Source: a virus. From it: DNA of 38,253 bases. Numbering within the stretch: the first letter of the stretch is position 1; the number at the start of each line of letters is the position of its first letter. A program made the position numbers and the translations under genes. Shown piece after piece: positions 26,467-32,869 of the stretch. Where the stretch lies: the IMG/VR virus record IMGVR_UViG_3300025607_000001, one strand, 5' to 3'. The notes under the pieces are model-generated. The model had not been told where the DNA came from. It was given only the letters and a program-made list of their open reading frames with translations, and searched no databases.

Positions 26467-26578
26467 GATTTGAATTGATTAAAACATATTAAATCGATTT
26501 AATCAAATTAAACCGATTAATTCAATTTAATTCAATTTAATTCAATTTAATTCAATTGTATCGATTTAATTGAATTAT
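26467..26578. repeat. Centromere/operator-like repeat array upstream of parA
   Basis: TTAAATCGATTTAA (26489-26502); four tandem TAATTCAATT units (26518-26557); TCGATTTAAT; and an inverted copy, AATTGAATTA (26569-26578). Confidence 0.65.
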
Positions 26579-26702
26579 GTTGATTGGTTAAGCTATTTAG
26601 CCTGTATCAACATAATGCTTTACCCACCAATAAAAATGAATTAATATATTAATTAATAAGTAAATGATTTATTAATTAATTAATGTATTAAAGGGGTTTG
26701 AA

Positions 26703-27659
26703 ATGGAAGTTAAAAAAACAGCAGGGCGCACAGGTATAGATAAAGCGGTTTATATCAATCAAATTCAAACATGGTTAAATGGTGATTTCCGCTTATCTGA
26801 CATTACCGCAACAAAGTTACAAAAAGCTGTTGGCGGTCAATATAAAAAAGCGGTGGATTATTTAGAAGACTTTAAGCAAGGTTATGAAACTAAAGAGCTT
26901 GCCGACTTGCCACAACCACCCGAAGCATTCACCAACCTATTACATGCGGCAGGGCAAGACGCTTGGCGTGTATTGTGGGAAGAAAAAAACAAAGCTGTTG
27001 CTGATGCTATCGCCGCTTTTGATATTGAACGTACAGCGTTAAACGTTCGCGCTGATGAATATTTAAGTGTGATTGATCAGCATGAACAAGAGATTGACGA
27101 GCTAAAAGCACAACTGTCGGATAGTGATAAAAGTATCAATGAGGTTAACCAAGAAAAAACCACGCTTAATGATGCGTTAACCAATGAACGCATTGCCTTA
27201 GCGCAAACAAGCGAACGCGCTGATCAGTTAGATGCACGTTTAACAGAAGCAAACGGCCAGTTAAACGTTTTTATTGATAAAAACGCGCAACTTGAAAGAG
27301 AGAAAAACCAAAGTAAACAAGACATTGACACGATAACAGAACAAAGAAACGTGTTAACAACGAAAGCCACCAACTTTGAGGATCGCGCCGCTGAATTGCA
27401 AGCCTCACTAACTAACGAAAGCGATAATACTAAGGTGTTAACCAACAAGCTTAATGAGAACGCCGCCGCTAACACTGAGTTAACCACGGAACTAGCCACC
27501 AAAACAGCATTGTACGATCAGTTATTAACGCAATTAACCAAAGAGCAGGCCCAAGCAGAAAAAGCCAATGAACAAAGCGTAAAATCGTTAAGTGATGTAA
27601 ATAAGCGATTAGATAATTTACAACACGAGTTGGTTAAAATTGCGGGAAAGGCTAAGTAA
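26703..27659 (+). CDS. kfrA: KfrA-like protein (N-terminal DNA-binding domain plus long coiled coil)
   Basis: The N-terminal roughly 60 aa are followed by about 230 aa of heptad-rich, Q/E/L/N-rich sequence. It lies next to the partition locus. Confidence 0.6.
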   Translation: MEVKKTAGRTGIDKAVYINQIQTWLNGDFRLSDITATKLQKAVGGQYKKAVDYLEDFKQGYETKELADLPQPPEAFTNLLHAAGQDAWRVLWEEKNKAVADAIAAFDIERTALNVRADEYLSVIDQHEQEIDELKAQLSDSDKSINEVNQEKTTLNDALTNERIALAQTSERADQLDARLTEANGQLNVFIDKNAQLEREKNQSKQDIDTITEQRNVLTTKATNFEDRAAELQASLTNESDNTKVLTNKLNENAAANTELTTELATKTALYDQLLTQLTKEQAQAEKANEQSVKSLSDVNKRLDNLQHELVKIAGKAK

Positions 27660-27689
27660 CTGAATACCCCAAAGTGTTGCATTTAGGTG

Positions 27690-27718
27690 ATGCGGTCTAG
27701 CTATAGGCCGCATTCTTT
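27690..27718 (+). terminator. Terminator-like hairpin after the kfrA-like gene
   Basis: ATGCGG / CCGCAT stem followed by TCTTTC. Confidence 0.4.
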
Positions 27719-27750
27719 CGTTATGGTGATCGGGAATATGCTTTGATATG

Positions 27751-27778
27751 TGCAACAGTTCTGTGCAGTTCTGTTGCA
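27751..27778. other. Hairpin TGCAACAG-N12-CTGTTGCA containing the AACAG motif
   Basis: 8-bp perfect arms. The loop carries the direct repeat CAGTTCTGT x2. Confidence 0.5.
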
Positions 27779-27829
27779 TTTGTGAAAACGGACTAAATTT
27801 AAAGCCCGTATATTAAGTATAGTTGTTTG

Positions 27830-28003
27830 CTATTTTAATTCTTTATCCGCTAAACTTTTTAGCCATGCCCCAAGCTTTAACCCCTGCTTTTTGGCTTCTG
27901 CCTCATAGAGTATTTTCATATCTGGTTCAACCCTAAATTCACATCTAGCGCTTGCCTTGACTTGTTTCATAGGTCGCCCAACCTTTTTTTTATCATCTTT
28001 CAT
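27830..28003 (-). CDS. Ribbon-helix-helix repressor (57 aa), paralogue-like to the ParG-like protein
   Basis: Internal ATG (MKDDKKK...). ARCEFRVEPDMKILYEAEAKKQGLKLGAWLKSLA parallels VTLTLTPQELENFTAKAGGLPLGTYLKNFL. Confidence 0.65.
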   Translation of the reverse strand: MKDDKKKVGRPMKQVKASARCEFRVEPDMKILYEAEAKKQGLKLGAWLKSLADKELK

Positions 28004-28010
28004 GCTGCGA

Positions 28011-28039
28011 ATATTAGTACGTACAATAAACAAATGCAA
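28011..28039 (-). promoter_or_regulatory. Promoter of the RHH gene with an embedded operator; predicted leaderless mRNA
   Basis: Minus strand: TTGCAT, a 17-nt spacer containing TTGTACGTAC, TAATAT, then 7 nt, then ATG. Confidence 0.5.
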
Positions 28040-28054
28040 TATTTAATTAATGTC

Positions 28055-28108
28055 CGTACTTTTATTGACTTTATAAAACAATAATGTATTATTGTACGTA
28101 CATTAATT
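28055..28108 (+). promoter_or_regulatory. Promoter/operator copy A (TTGACT-16-TATTAT, operator TTGTACGTACA)
   Basis: -35 at 28065-28070, -10 at 28087-28092, GTACGTAC at 28094-28101. Shares 15-nt and 24-nt identical blocks with copy B exactly 280 bp downstream. Confidence 0.6.
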
Positions 28109-28133
28109 ATCTGAACAGTTCTAAGGCAATCAA

Positions 28134-28298
28134 ATGGAAACTTTAAATTTAGGAAACAACGAGTCACTAGTTAGAGGCGTATTCAATAATAACGATGGCA
28201 CTTTTACAGTATTAACTTTTACTCGGTCTTGGACTTACAAAACAGAAAAAGCCGCTAACAAAAAATGGTCTGCCTTAGTATCAGCCGACTTGGTTTAG
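28134..28298 (+). CDS. Small protein (54 aa, METLNLGNNESLVRGVFNNNDGTFTVLTFTRSWTYKTEKAANKKWSALVSADLV)
   Basis: Not in the track because it is under 60 aa. AAGG lies upstream. It is bracketed by the two promoter copies. Confidence 0.45.
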   Translation: METLNLGNNESLVRGVFNNNDGTFTVLTFTRSWTYKTEKAANKKWSALVSADLV

Positions 28299-28334
28299 TC
28301 GATTACGTACAATAAAAATAATTACTTTATTGTA

Positions 28335-28388
28335 CGTACTTTTATTGACATCTATAAATATAGGTGTATTATTGTACGTACATTAATT
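28335..28388 (+). promoter_or_regulatory. Promoter/operator copy B (TTGACA-16-TATTAT, two GTACGTAC operators)
   Basis: -35 at 28345-28350, -10 at 28367-28372. GTACGTAC at 28332-28339 and 28374-28381, plus the near-copy TTACGTACAA at 28303-28312. Confidence 0.6.
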
Positions 28389-28415
28389 GTTTAGACACTT
28401 TCCAAGGTATACAAA

Positions 28416-28628
28416 ATGAATTCATCAATAAACATCACAATAAAAGACTTTAGCTGCACTGATTATGACGTTAAACGTGATTCAAAATTGGTTGGGACTT
28501 TAGTCAAAAACAATAAATATTCAAGCTTACTTAAATTCGTACCGCTTGAAGATTCAGGGCTTATGCACTTGGATGGCAAAGTATTCATGGATGTTTTAAC
28601 GGCTAATTTAACTATTGCAAAGGCGTAA
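28416..28628 (+). CDS. Small protein (70 aa), translationally coupled to the methyltransferase
   Basis: RBS CAAGG. Its TAATG overlaps the next gene. Confidence 0.5.
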   Translation: MNSSINITIKDFSCTDYDVKRDSKLVGTLVKNNKYSSLLKFVPLEDSGLMHLDGKVFMDVLTANLTIAKA

Positions 28629-29239
28629 TGAAATTGAAGATATTAAATTTATATGCGGGTCTTGGTGGAAATAGAAAGTTATGGGAGGGGCACGAAGTCA
28701 CAGCCGTTGAAATGGATGAAAAAATTGCCGCTGTTTATAAACGATTAAACCCTAATGATGAAGTGATTATTGCTGATGCTCACGAATACTTATTACAACA
28801 TTATCAAGAGTTTGATTTTATTTGGGCCTCGCCTCCATGCCAAAGCCATTCCCGTATGATCAGGTCTGGCAGAAATAGAAAGCCCCGCTTTGCTGATATG
28901 AAATTGTATGAAGAAATTCTATTTTTAGAACATAACTTTGATGGTCAATGGGTGGTTGAAAATGTCAAACCTTACTACCAGCCATTGATTGAATATCAAA
29001 ATATTGGCCGTCATGTTTTTTGGTCTAACTTCGATATTCCGCACATGGATGAACCAAAATTTAAAAACTTTATTAATGCGCAAAACCTAAAAGCGAAACA
29101 AGCCTTAATGGAGTGGTTAGATATTCACTACGAAGAAAACATTTACTACGGTAACAACCATTGCCCCACGCAGGTTTTGCGTAACTGTGTACACCCTACC
29201 GTGGGAAAACACATCATTGAAGCGGCAATTGCTGCATAA
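28628..29239 (+). CDS. DNA (cytosine-5) methyltransferase, unusually short (203 aa)
   Basis: Motif I LNLYAGLGG, motif IV ASPPCQSHS, motif VI VVENV and a C-terminal RNCVHPTVGKHI (motif X-like). Confidence 0.82.
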   Translation: MKLKILNLYAGLGGNRKLWEGHEVTAVEMDEKIAAVYKRLNPNDEVIIADAHEYLLQHYQEFDFIWASPPCQSHSRMIRSGRNRKPRFADMKLYEEILFLEHNFDGQWVVENVKPYYQPLIEYQNIGRHVFWSNFDIPHMDEPKFKNFINAQNLKAKQALMEWLDIHYEENIYYGNNHCPTQVLRNCVHPTVGKHIIEAAIAA

Positions 29240-29270
29240 ACTGAACAGAATAGCCCGTAGGGATAAACAA

Positions 29271-29552
29271 ATGATTGTCATATTTAAAAACGAACAGGGT
29301 ACTTTTTCGGTAAGACCTGCATTTATAGGCTTTATCAAAAACGATATTATTCGAAGAACTTTAACCTCGTTATTCTTCCCACTAATACTATTTTTAACCA
29401 TCGTTATTAATATTATTCAAGCGGCTTTTGTTTCCATTATTTTATTTGCTAGGTCTGTTTATTATCCATTATCAAAGATAAAACCAATGTGGAAAACAGA
29501 TATTTGGCATAGGCCAAGAACGAAAAACGACAATAAAAAAACATTAAACTAA
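29271..29552 (+). CDS. Small membrane protein (93 aa)
   Basis: Internal ATG of track ORF 29187..29552, chosen because it lies after the MTase stop and after the AACAGAAT junction motif. Hydrophobic core LFFPLILFLTIVINIIQAAFVSIILF. Confidence 0.45.
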   Translation: MIVIFKNEQGTFSVRPAFIGFIKNDIIRRTLTSLFFPLILFLTIVINIIQAAFVSIILFARSVYYPLSKIKPMWKTDIWHRPRTKNDNKKTLN

Positions 29553-29565
29553 ACAGAATTAAGCG
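29550..29565 (+). repeat. Intergenic junction repeat TAAACAGAATTAAGCG (identical copy at 29828..29843)
   Basis: Exact 16-nt identity. Each copy lies 28-30 nt upstream of a start codon. Confidence 0.9.
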
Positions 29566-29579
29566 GAGTTAGATCGGAT

Positions 29580-29825
29580 ATGGAAAAAATAACATTAAAA
29601 ATAGGTCGTCATGAGTACGATATTAGTAGTGACGATACATTTATGGATAACAGCCATTGCGTTCAATTAACTTCACAAAGTAAAGAGAACATAGATATTG
29701 GTGGTGGTCGTTGTAACCCTGTGCTTTCTCAACGTGCAGTTAAACAAATAGCAAGTTTTGAGCGAATGCAATTACAGCATGGCTACGGCTCAAATGTTCA
29801 AATATTTAGCTTGAACATCAATTAA
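29580..29825 (+). CDS. Hypothetical protein (81 aa)
   Basis: Track ORF, preceded by the exact 16-nt junction repeat and a purine-rich RBS. Confidence 0.5.
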   Translation: MEKITLKIGRHEYDISSDDTFMDNSHCVQLTSQSKENIDIGGGRCNPVLSQRAVKQIASFERMQLQHGYGSNVQIFSLNIN

Positions 29826-29827
29826 CT

Positions 29828-29843
29828 TAAACAGAATTAAGCG
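29828..29843 (+). repeat. Intergenic junction repeat TAAACAGAATTAAGCG (second copy)
   Basis: Exact copy of 29550..29565. Confidence 0.9.
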
Positions 29844-29859
29844 TACAGATAGGAATGTT

Positions 29860-30093
29860 ATGAATAAATACGATGAAACTTTACCAGTATTAAATAAAGA
29901 TCAAGTCTTTGTTTGCGAGGATGGCTGTGGTGACTGTGAAGCTGTTGAGTTTGATTATTGCTATAGCCGGTCTGAAAACCTAGCAACTGGCAAAGTGGTT
30001 GAACTGACACATAGAGCTTATAAATCTAGCTGCTGTGGAGCCAAAATTAATGTTTGGGATGAATCAATAGAAGATATTGTTCAACAAAAGTAG
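29860..30093 (+). CDS. Cys-rich small protein (77 aa; CEDGCGDCE ... SCCG)
   Basis: Track ORF, preceded by the exact 16-nt junction repeat and AGGAA. Confidence 0.5.
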   Translation: MNKYDETLPVLNKDQVFVCEDGCGDCEAVEFDYCYSRSENLATGKVVELTHRAYKSSCCGAKINVWDESIEDIVQQK

Positions 30094-30148
30094 GCTTTTA
30101 TATAAAGCTAAATGTGCAACACAATTACCCCTACCGGAGCAATAAACA

Positions 30149-30340
30149 ATGAGTATCGAAGAATTTAACAAGTATCAGCATCATGCAAACATGTGGGTGA
30201 TGTACCAAGGGAAAAGAAAATACGTTATTTCTGTTAGCTTTACAGAGGCGCTTTTTGGTCTTTGTGATGATAAAGAAGAAACCCCACCTGACGAATGGTC
30301 ATGGGTTCGTTGTGAAAACGTAGAAGTGATTTATGAGTGA
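30149..30340 (+). CDS. Hypothetical protein (63 aa)
   Basis: Track ORF with RBS GGAG. The variant junction motif AACACAAT lies 31 nt upstream. Confidence 0.5.
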   Translation: MSIEEFNKYQHHANMWVMYQGKRKYVISVSFTEALFGLCDDKEETPPDEWSWVRCENVEVIYE

Positions 30341-30476
30341 TAAGCAAATGCAAGAAATTATGGTTTTACAGAAAATACGTGAAGCGGTGGGGGATAATGG
30401 CAAGTTAATGCAAGACGAACTTGTTGAATATATCGCAGATTTAAAGCGTAAAGCTGATTTGTTCGATAACCTTTAA
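30333..30476 (+). CDS. Possible small protein (47 aa, MSDKQMQEIMVLQKIREAVGDNGKLMQDELVEYIADLKRKADLFDNL)
   Basis: Its ATG overlaps the upstream stop (ATGAGTGA). Helical and charged. Not in the track because it is under 60 aa. Confidence 0.4.
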   Translation: MSDKQMQEIMVLQKIREAVGDNGKLMQDELVEYIADLKRKADLFDNL

Positions 30477-30504
30477 TTTTTGCAACAGAATAACCAATAG
30501 GAAA

Positions 30505-30532
30505 CAAAAAAAGGGCTTAGGCCCTTTTTTGT
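30505..30532. terminator. Bidirectional terminator between convergent operons
   Basis: AAGGGC-ttag-GCCCTT flanked by A7 and T6. Confidence 0.8.
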
Positions 30533-30560
30533 TGTTCGTGTTTTATCTAATTACTATAGT

Positions 30561-30572
30561 GTGACGCGTCAC
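30561..30572. repeat. Perfect palindrome GTGACGCGTCAC, copy 2 of 3
   Basis: Flanked by the direct repeat TATAGTGTG (30555 and 30576). It ends 15 nt from the stop codon (30590..30588) of the minus-strand gene 30588..31406. Confidence 0.9.
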
Positions 30573-30587
30573 GTTTATAGTGTGCGG

Positions 30588-31406
30588 TTATCCGTTGTAA
30601 TTTATTGCTACCCGATCATCGTCTTTTACTTCACCTTGTTGTAATTGATTTACTTTATACAGCCAATTATGAGCAAAGTCTTTAGCCTCGATTGATGGTC
30701 TTAAACCATCTTTGGGTAATGGGCTAAGAGTGCTTTCGCCACTTTGCGGATCAAAGGTAATAAAAGCACCGCTACCGCTTTGGTGTAAGTATAATAAGTT
30801 AGTGCCTTGAAAGCTTGAGCCGTCAGGGCGTAACATATCGTTTTTTTGCGGCCAGATAACCAAATGATGATCGCCGTTATGATATAAGCCTTGTGCTTTG
30901 TTGTTGTCTAACGCGATACGTTGCATTTCTACCACTTTTTTGCACGCGGCTTTGTCTTCGTTGGCTTGGTTTAGTTCGTGCTTGGTTTTGCTTAGCTCGC
31001 CATTTAAACGGGTAATGGTTTTGGTTTTCTCGGCTGATTTTTCTTTAACGCGAATCACCTGGTCTTTTAAATTCTTCTGACTGTTTAAGGCGGTTATTTC
31101 TTGTTGTGCTGTGGTGAGTTGTTCACGAACACGGGCTAATTCATTTTTTTGCGCAATAGCGTTGGCCGATAACTTGTCGGCATCGGCTAACCCTTTATTG
31201 GCTGTTATGAGATCGGCGTCTTGTTGGGCAATTGTTATTTTAAGTTGGGAATTTTCATCAGTCAGTACATTAATTTCAAGTTTTGTTTCGGCAAGTTCAG
31301 TGGCGCAAATCTCGCTTTGTTCTTGCTCTTTATTGTAGTTATTAATAAAAGAGGTCAGTAAATCACTTGAATGTAATTCTTTTAAATCAGTCATTGTTTT
31401 ATCCAA
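30588..31406 (-). CDS. Coiled-coil protein with an unassigned globular C-terminal domain (272 aa)
   Basis: About 170 aa of heptad-rich sequence, then GLYHNGDHHLVIWPQKNDMLRPDGSSFQGTNLLYLHQSGSGAFITFDP.... It lies 29 nt downstream of the Dam-like gene on the cI strand. Confidence 0.55.
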   Translation of the reverse strand: MDKTMTDLKELHSSDLLTSFINNYNKEQEQSEICATELAETKLEINVLTDENSQLKITIAQQDADLITANKGLADADKLSANAIAQKNELARVREQLTTAQQEITALNSQKNLKDQVIRVKEKSAEKTKTITRLNGELSKTKHELNQANEDKAACKKVVEMQRIALDNNKAQGLYHNGDHHLVIWPQKNDMLRPDGSSFQGTNLLYLHQSGSGAFITFDPQSGESTLSPLPKDGLRPSIEAKDFAHNWLYKVNQLQQGEVKDDDRVAINYNG

Positions 31407-31435
31407 AGTAAATAAAATGTATTTATAAAGTATGT

Positions 31436-32065
31436 CTAAAGGGTTTCTAATTGCTGCGCTAAGGCGGCATGGCCCATTTTTATTAGTACGTCTTTTCTAA
31501 TGCTTTTGTGAATAGTTGCGCCTGTGTGCATTGGGTCAAAAATAATCAATGACATAGGTTTGTTAAGTTCGTTTTTCTCTTCAAGTCCTGTTTTTGCATT
31601 AACAAATTTAATACCGCCACTGACCCATTTTTTAACCGTGGTGCCTTTGCGTGGGCCGATTTTGTAGGTGTGGTTTTTGTAATATCCGACAATGTCCCAA
31701 ATTTCTGAGGCTTGGCTATGTGGCCACCATTCTGCGCGGTTTTCATGGGGCACAAATAAGGTATTTAAAACGCCTTTGTCGCGTTGTTCTATAGCCTTAT
31801 GTGTCCAAGGTAAAATATTGCTATACGGCGGGTTAACCCATACAGCGGGTTTTATTTCGTCAGCGAGCAATAAAGACCAATCTTTTTTTAAGCTGTTTTG
31901 TTTGGGGGTTATAAAGCGTTTACATAAAGCCGAAACAGGCAGCGCGGCACCGTCTAAGTTGTAATTAAAGCGGTGATTAAATGCTTCAAATAACCATTTA
32001 GGCGTCTGGGTAAAGTCTCGAAACGCCTTATTGCTTTTACTTGCGTGATTGTTGATGTTAGCCAT
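31436..32065 (-). CDS. Phage-type DNA N6-adenine methyltransferase (Dam family)
   Basis: TQTPKWLFEAFNHRFNYNLDGAA and VWVNPPYS (NPPY catalytic motif). Confidence 0.85.
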   Translation of the reverse strand: MANINNHASKSNKAFRDFTQTPKWLFEAFNHRFNYNLDGAALPVSALCKRFITPKQNSLKKDWSLLLADEIKPAVWVNPPYSNILPWTHKAIEQRDKGVLNTLFVPHENRAEWWPHSQASEIWDIVGYYKNHTYKIGPRKGTTVKKWVSGGIKFVNAKTGLEEKNELNKPMSLIIFDPMHTGATIHKSIRKDVLIKMGHAALAQQLETL

Positions 32066-32121
32066 AATTCCTACCTGTTAAATGGTGTCTTTTCGTGTTT
32101 TATGATCACGTATCGTGACTC

Positions 32122-32171
32122 TATAGGGCAAATAAAAGGCGTACTAATGCACGCCTTTTGTTTGCCCTATA
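32122..32171. terminator. Long hairpin (21-nt arms, one mismatch) overlapping the cI stop codon; terminator in both directions
   Basis: TATAGGGCAAATAAAAGGCGT - actaatgc - ACGCCTTTTGTTTGCCCTATA. The inner GC stem is followed by a T-rich tract on both strands. Confidence 0.65.
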
Positions 32172-32751
32172 ACCAGCGATTTATATTAACCACACTGCCT
32201 ATTATGTCGAGGTCGTCGACACTTTCTACTTTTTGATCGGGATAGTTTTCTTTGTCTGTACAATAAACAGTAAAACCGCCTGATAGCTCGGGACGTATCC
32301 ATTTTATCCACAAACCGCCATTGCCTTTTATTACGTACAGCCCTAATTTATCAACGGTGTTGATAGCGCTATTTATTAATACTTCATCGCCTTTGTCTAT
32401 TTTGGGCGAACAGCTATTATCCATTGCAACATGAGTCAGGATATTATCTCGATTAATGCCGCGTTCGGCTAATCGGTCTATTTGGCTGACTTGGTTATTT
32501 GTTGAGTTTTTTAAAAAGTCCCATGCTAAGAGTTCACGGGTGGTGCCAAGTATTTTGGCCATGCTTTCGTAAAAGTGGTGGCTTGGCTCTCTTATGCCTA
32601 GTTCCCAATTATTCCATTGGCTACGGCTAAAAGGTTGCCCCTCAAGCTCTGACAATTTCTTGCTGGTTTCTACCATATTCAACCCGAGTTTTTTACGGCG
32701 TTGCATTATGTATAGACCTAATTTTCCTGTCCATTCACTTTTTTGACTCAT
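32167..32751 (-). CDS. CI-like repressor (XRE HTH plus S24 LexA-type autopeptidase domain)
   Basis: N-terminal HTH (LGLNMVETSKKLSELEG...WELGIREPS). C-terminal NSCSPKIDKGDEVLIN (Ser block) and GGLWIKWI (Lys block). Divergent from the cro-like gene. Confidence 0.82.
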   Translation of the reverse strand: MSQKSEWTGKLGLYIMQRRKKLGLNMVETSKKLSELEGQPFSRSQWNNWELGIREPSHHFYESMAKILGTTRELLAWDFLKNSTNNQVSQIDRLAERGINRDNILTHVAMDNSCSPKIDKGDEVLINSAINTVDKLGLYVIKGNGGLWIKWIRPELSGGFTVYCTDKENYPDQKVESVDDLDIIGSVVNINRWL

Positions 32752-32834
32752 CCGAAACACCTGTGTTTATTAAGCAGTACGTGACTATTGTTTTTAGTTT
32801 ACCACACAATGCAGATATTGCTAATGTAAATACC

Positions 32835-32869
32835 TTGATACAATCACGGTGTGTGTTATATTTAACACA
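32835..32869 (+). promoter_or_regulatory. Candidate rightward early promoter with overlapping operator palindrome
   Basis: TTGATA (32835-40), a 16-nt spacer, TATATT (32857-62). The palindrome TGTGTTA-TATT-TAACACA (32852-32869) overlaps the -10. Confidence 0.5.

Noticed and set aside
26518-26557. Tandem 10-bp TAATTCAATT repeats as a CRISPR-like array
   Set aside because: The units are only 10 bp, contiguous and without spacers. No cas genes are present. They sit in the parA promoter region, where centromere or operator iterons are expected.
29187-29270. Upstream extension of ORF 29187..29552 overlapping the methyltransferase 3' end
   Set aside because: The extension overlaps the MTase CDS in another frame. 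The internal ATG at 29271 follows the MTase stop, the AACAGAAT junction motif and a purine-rich RBS, like the neighbouring genes.
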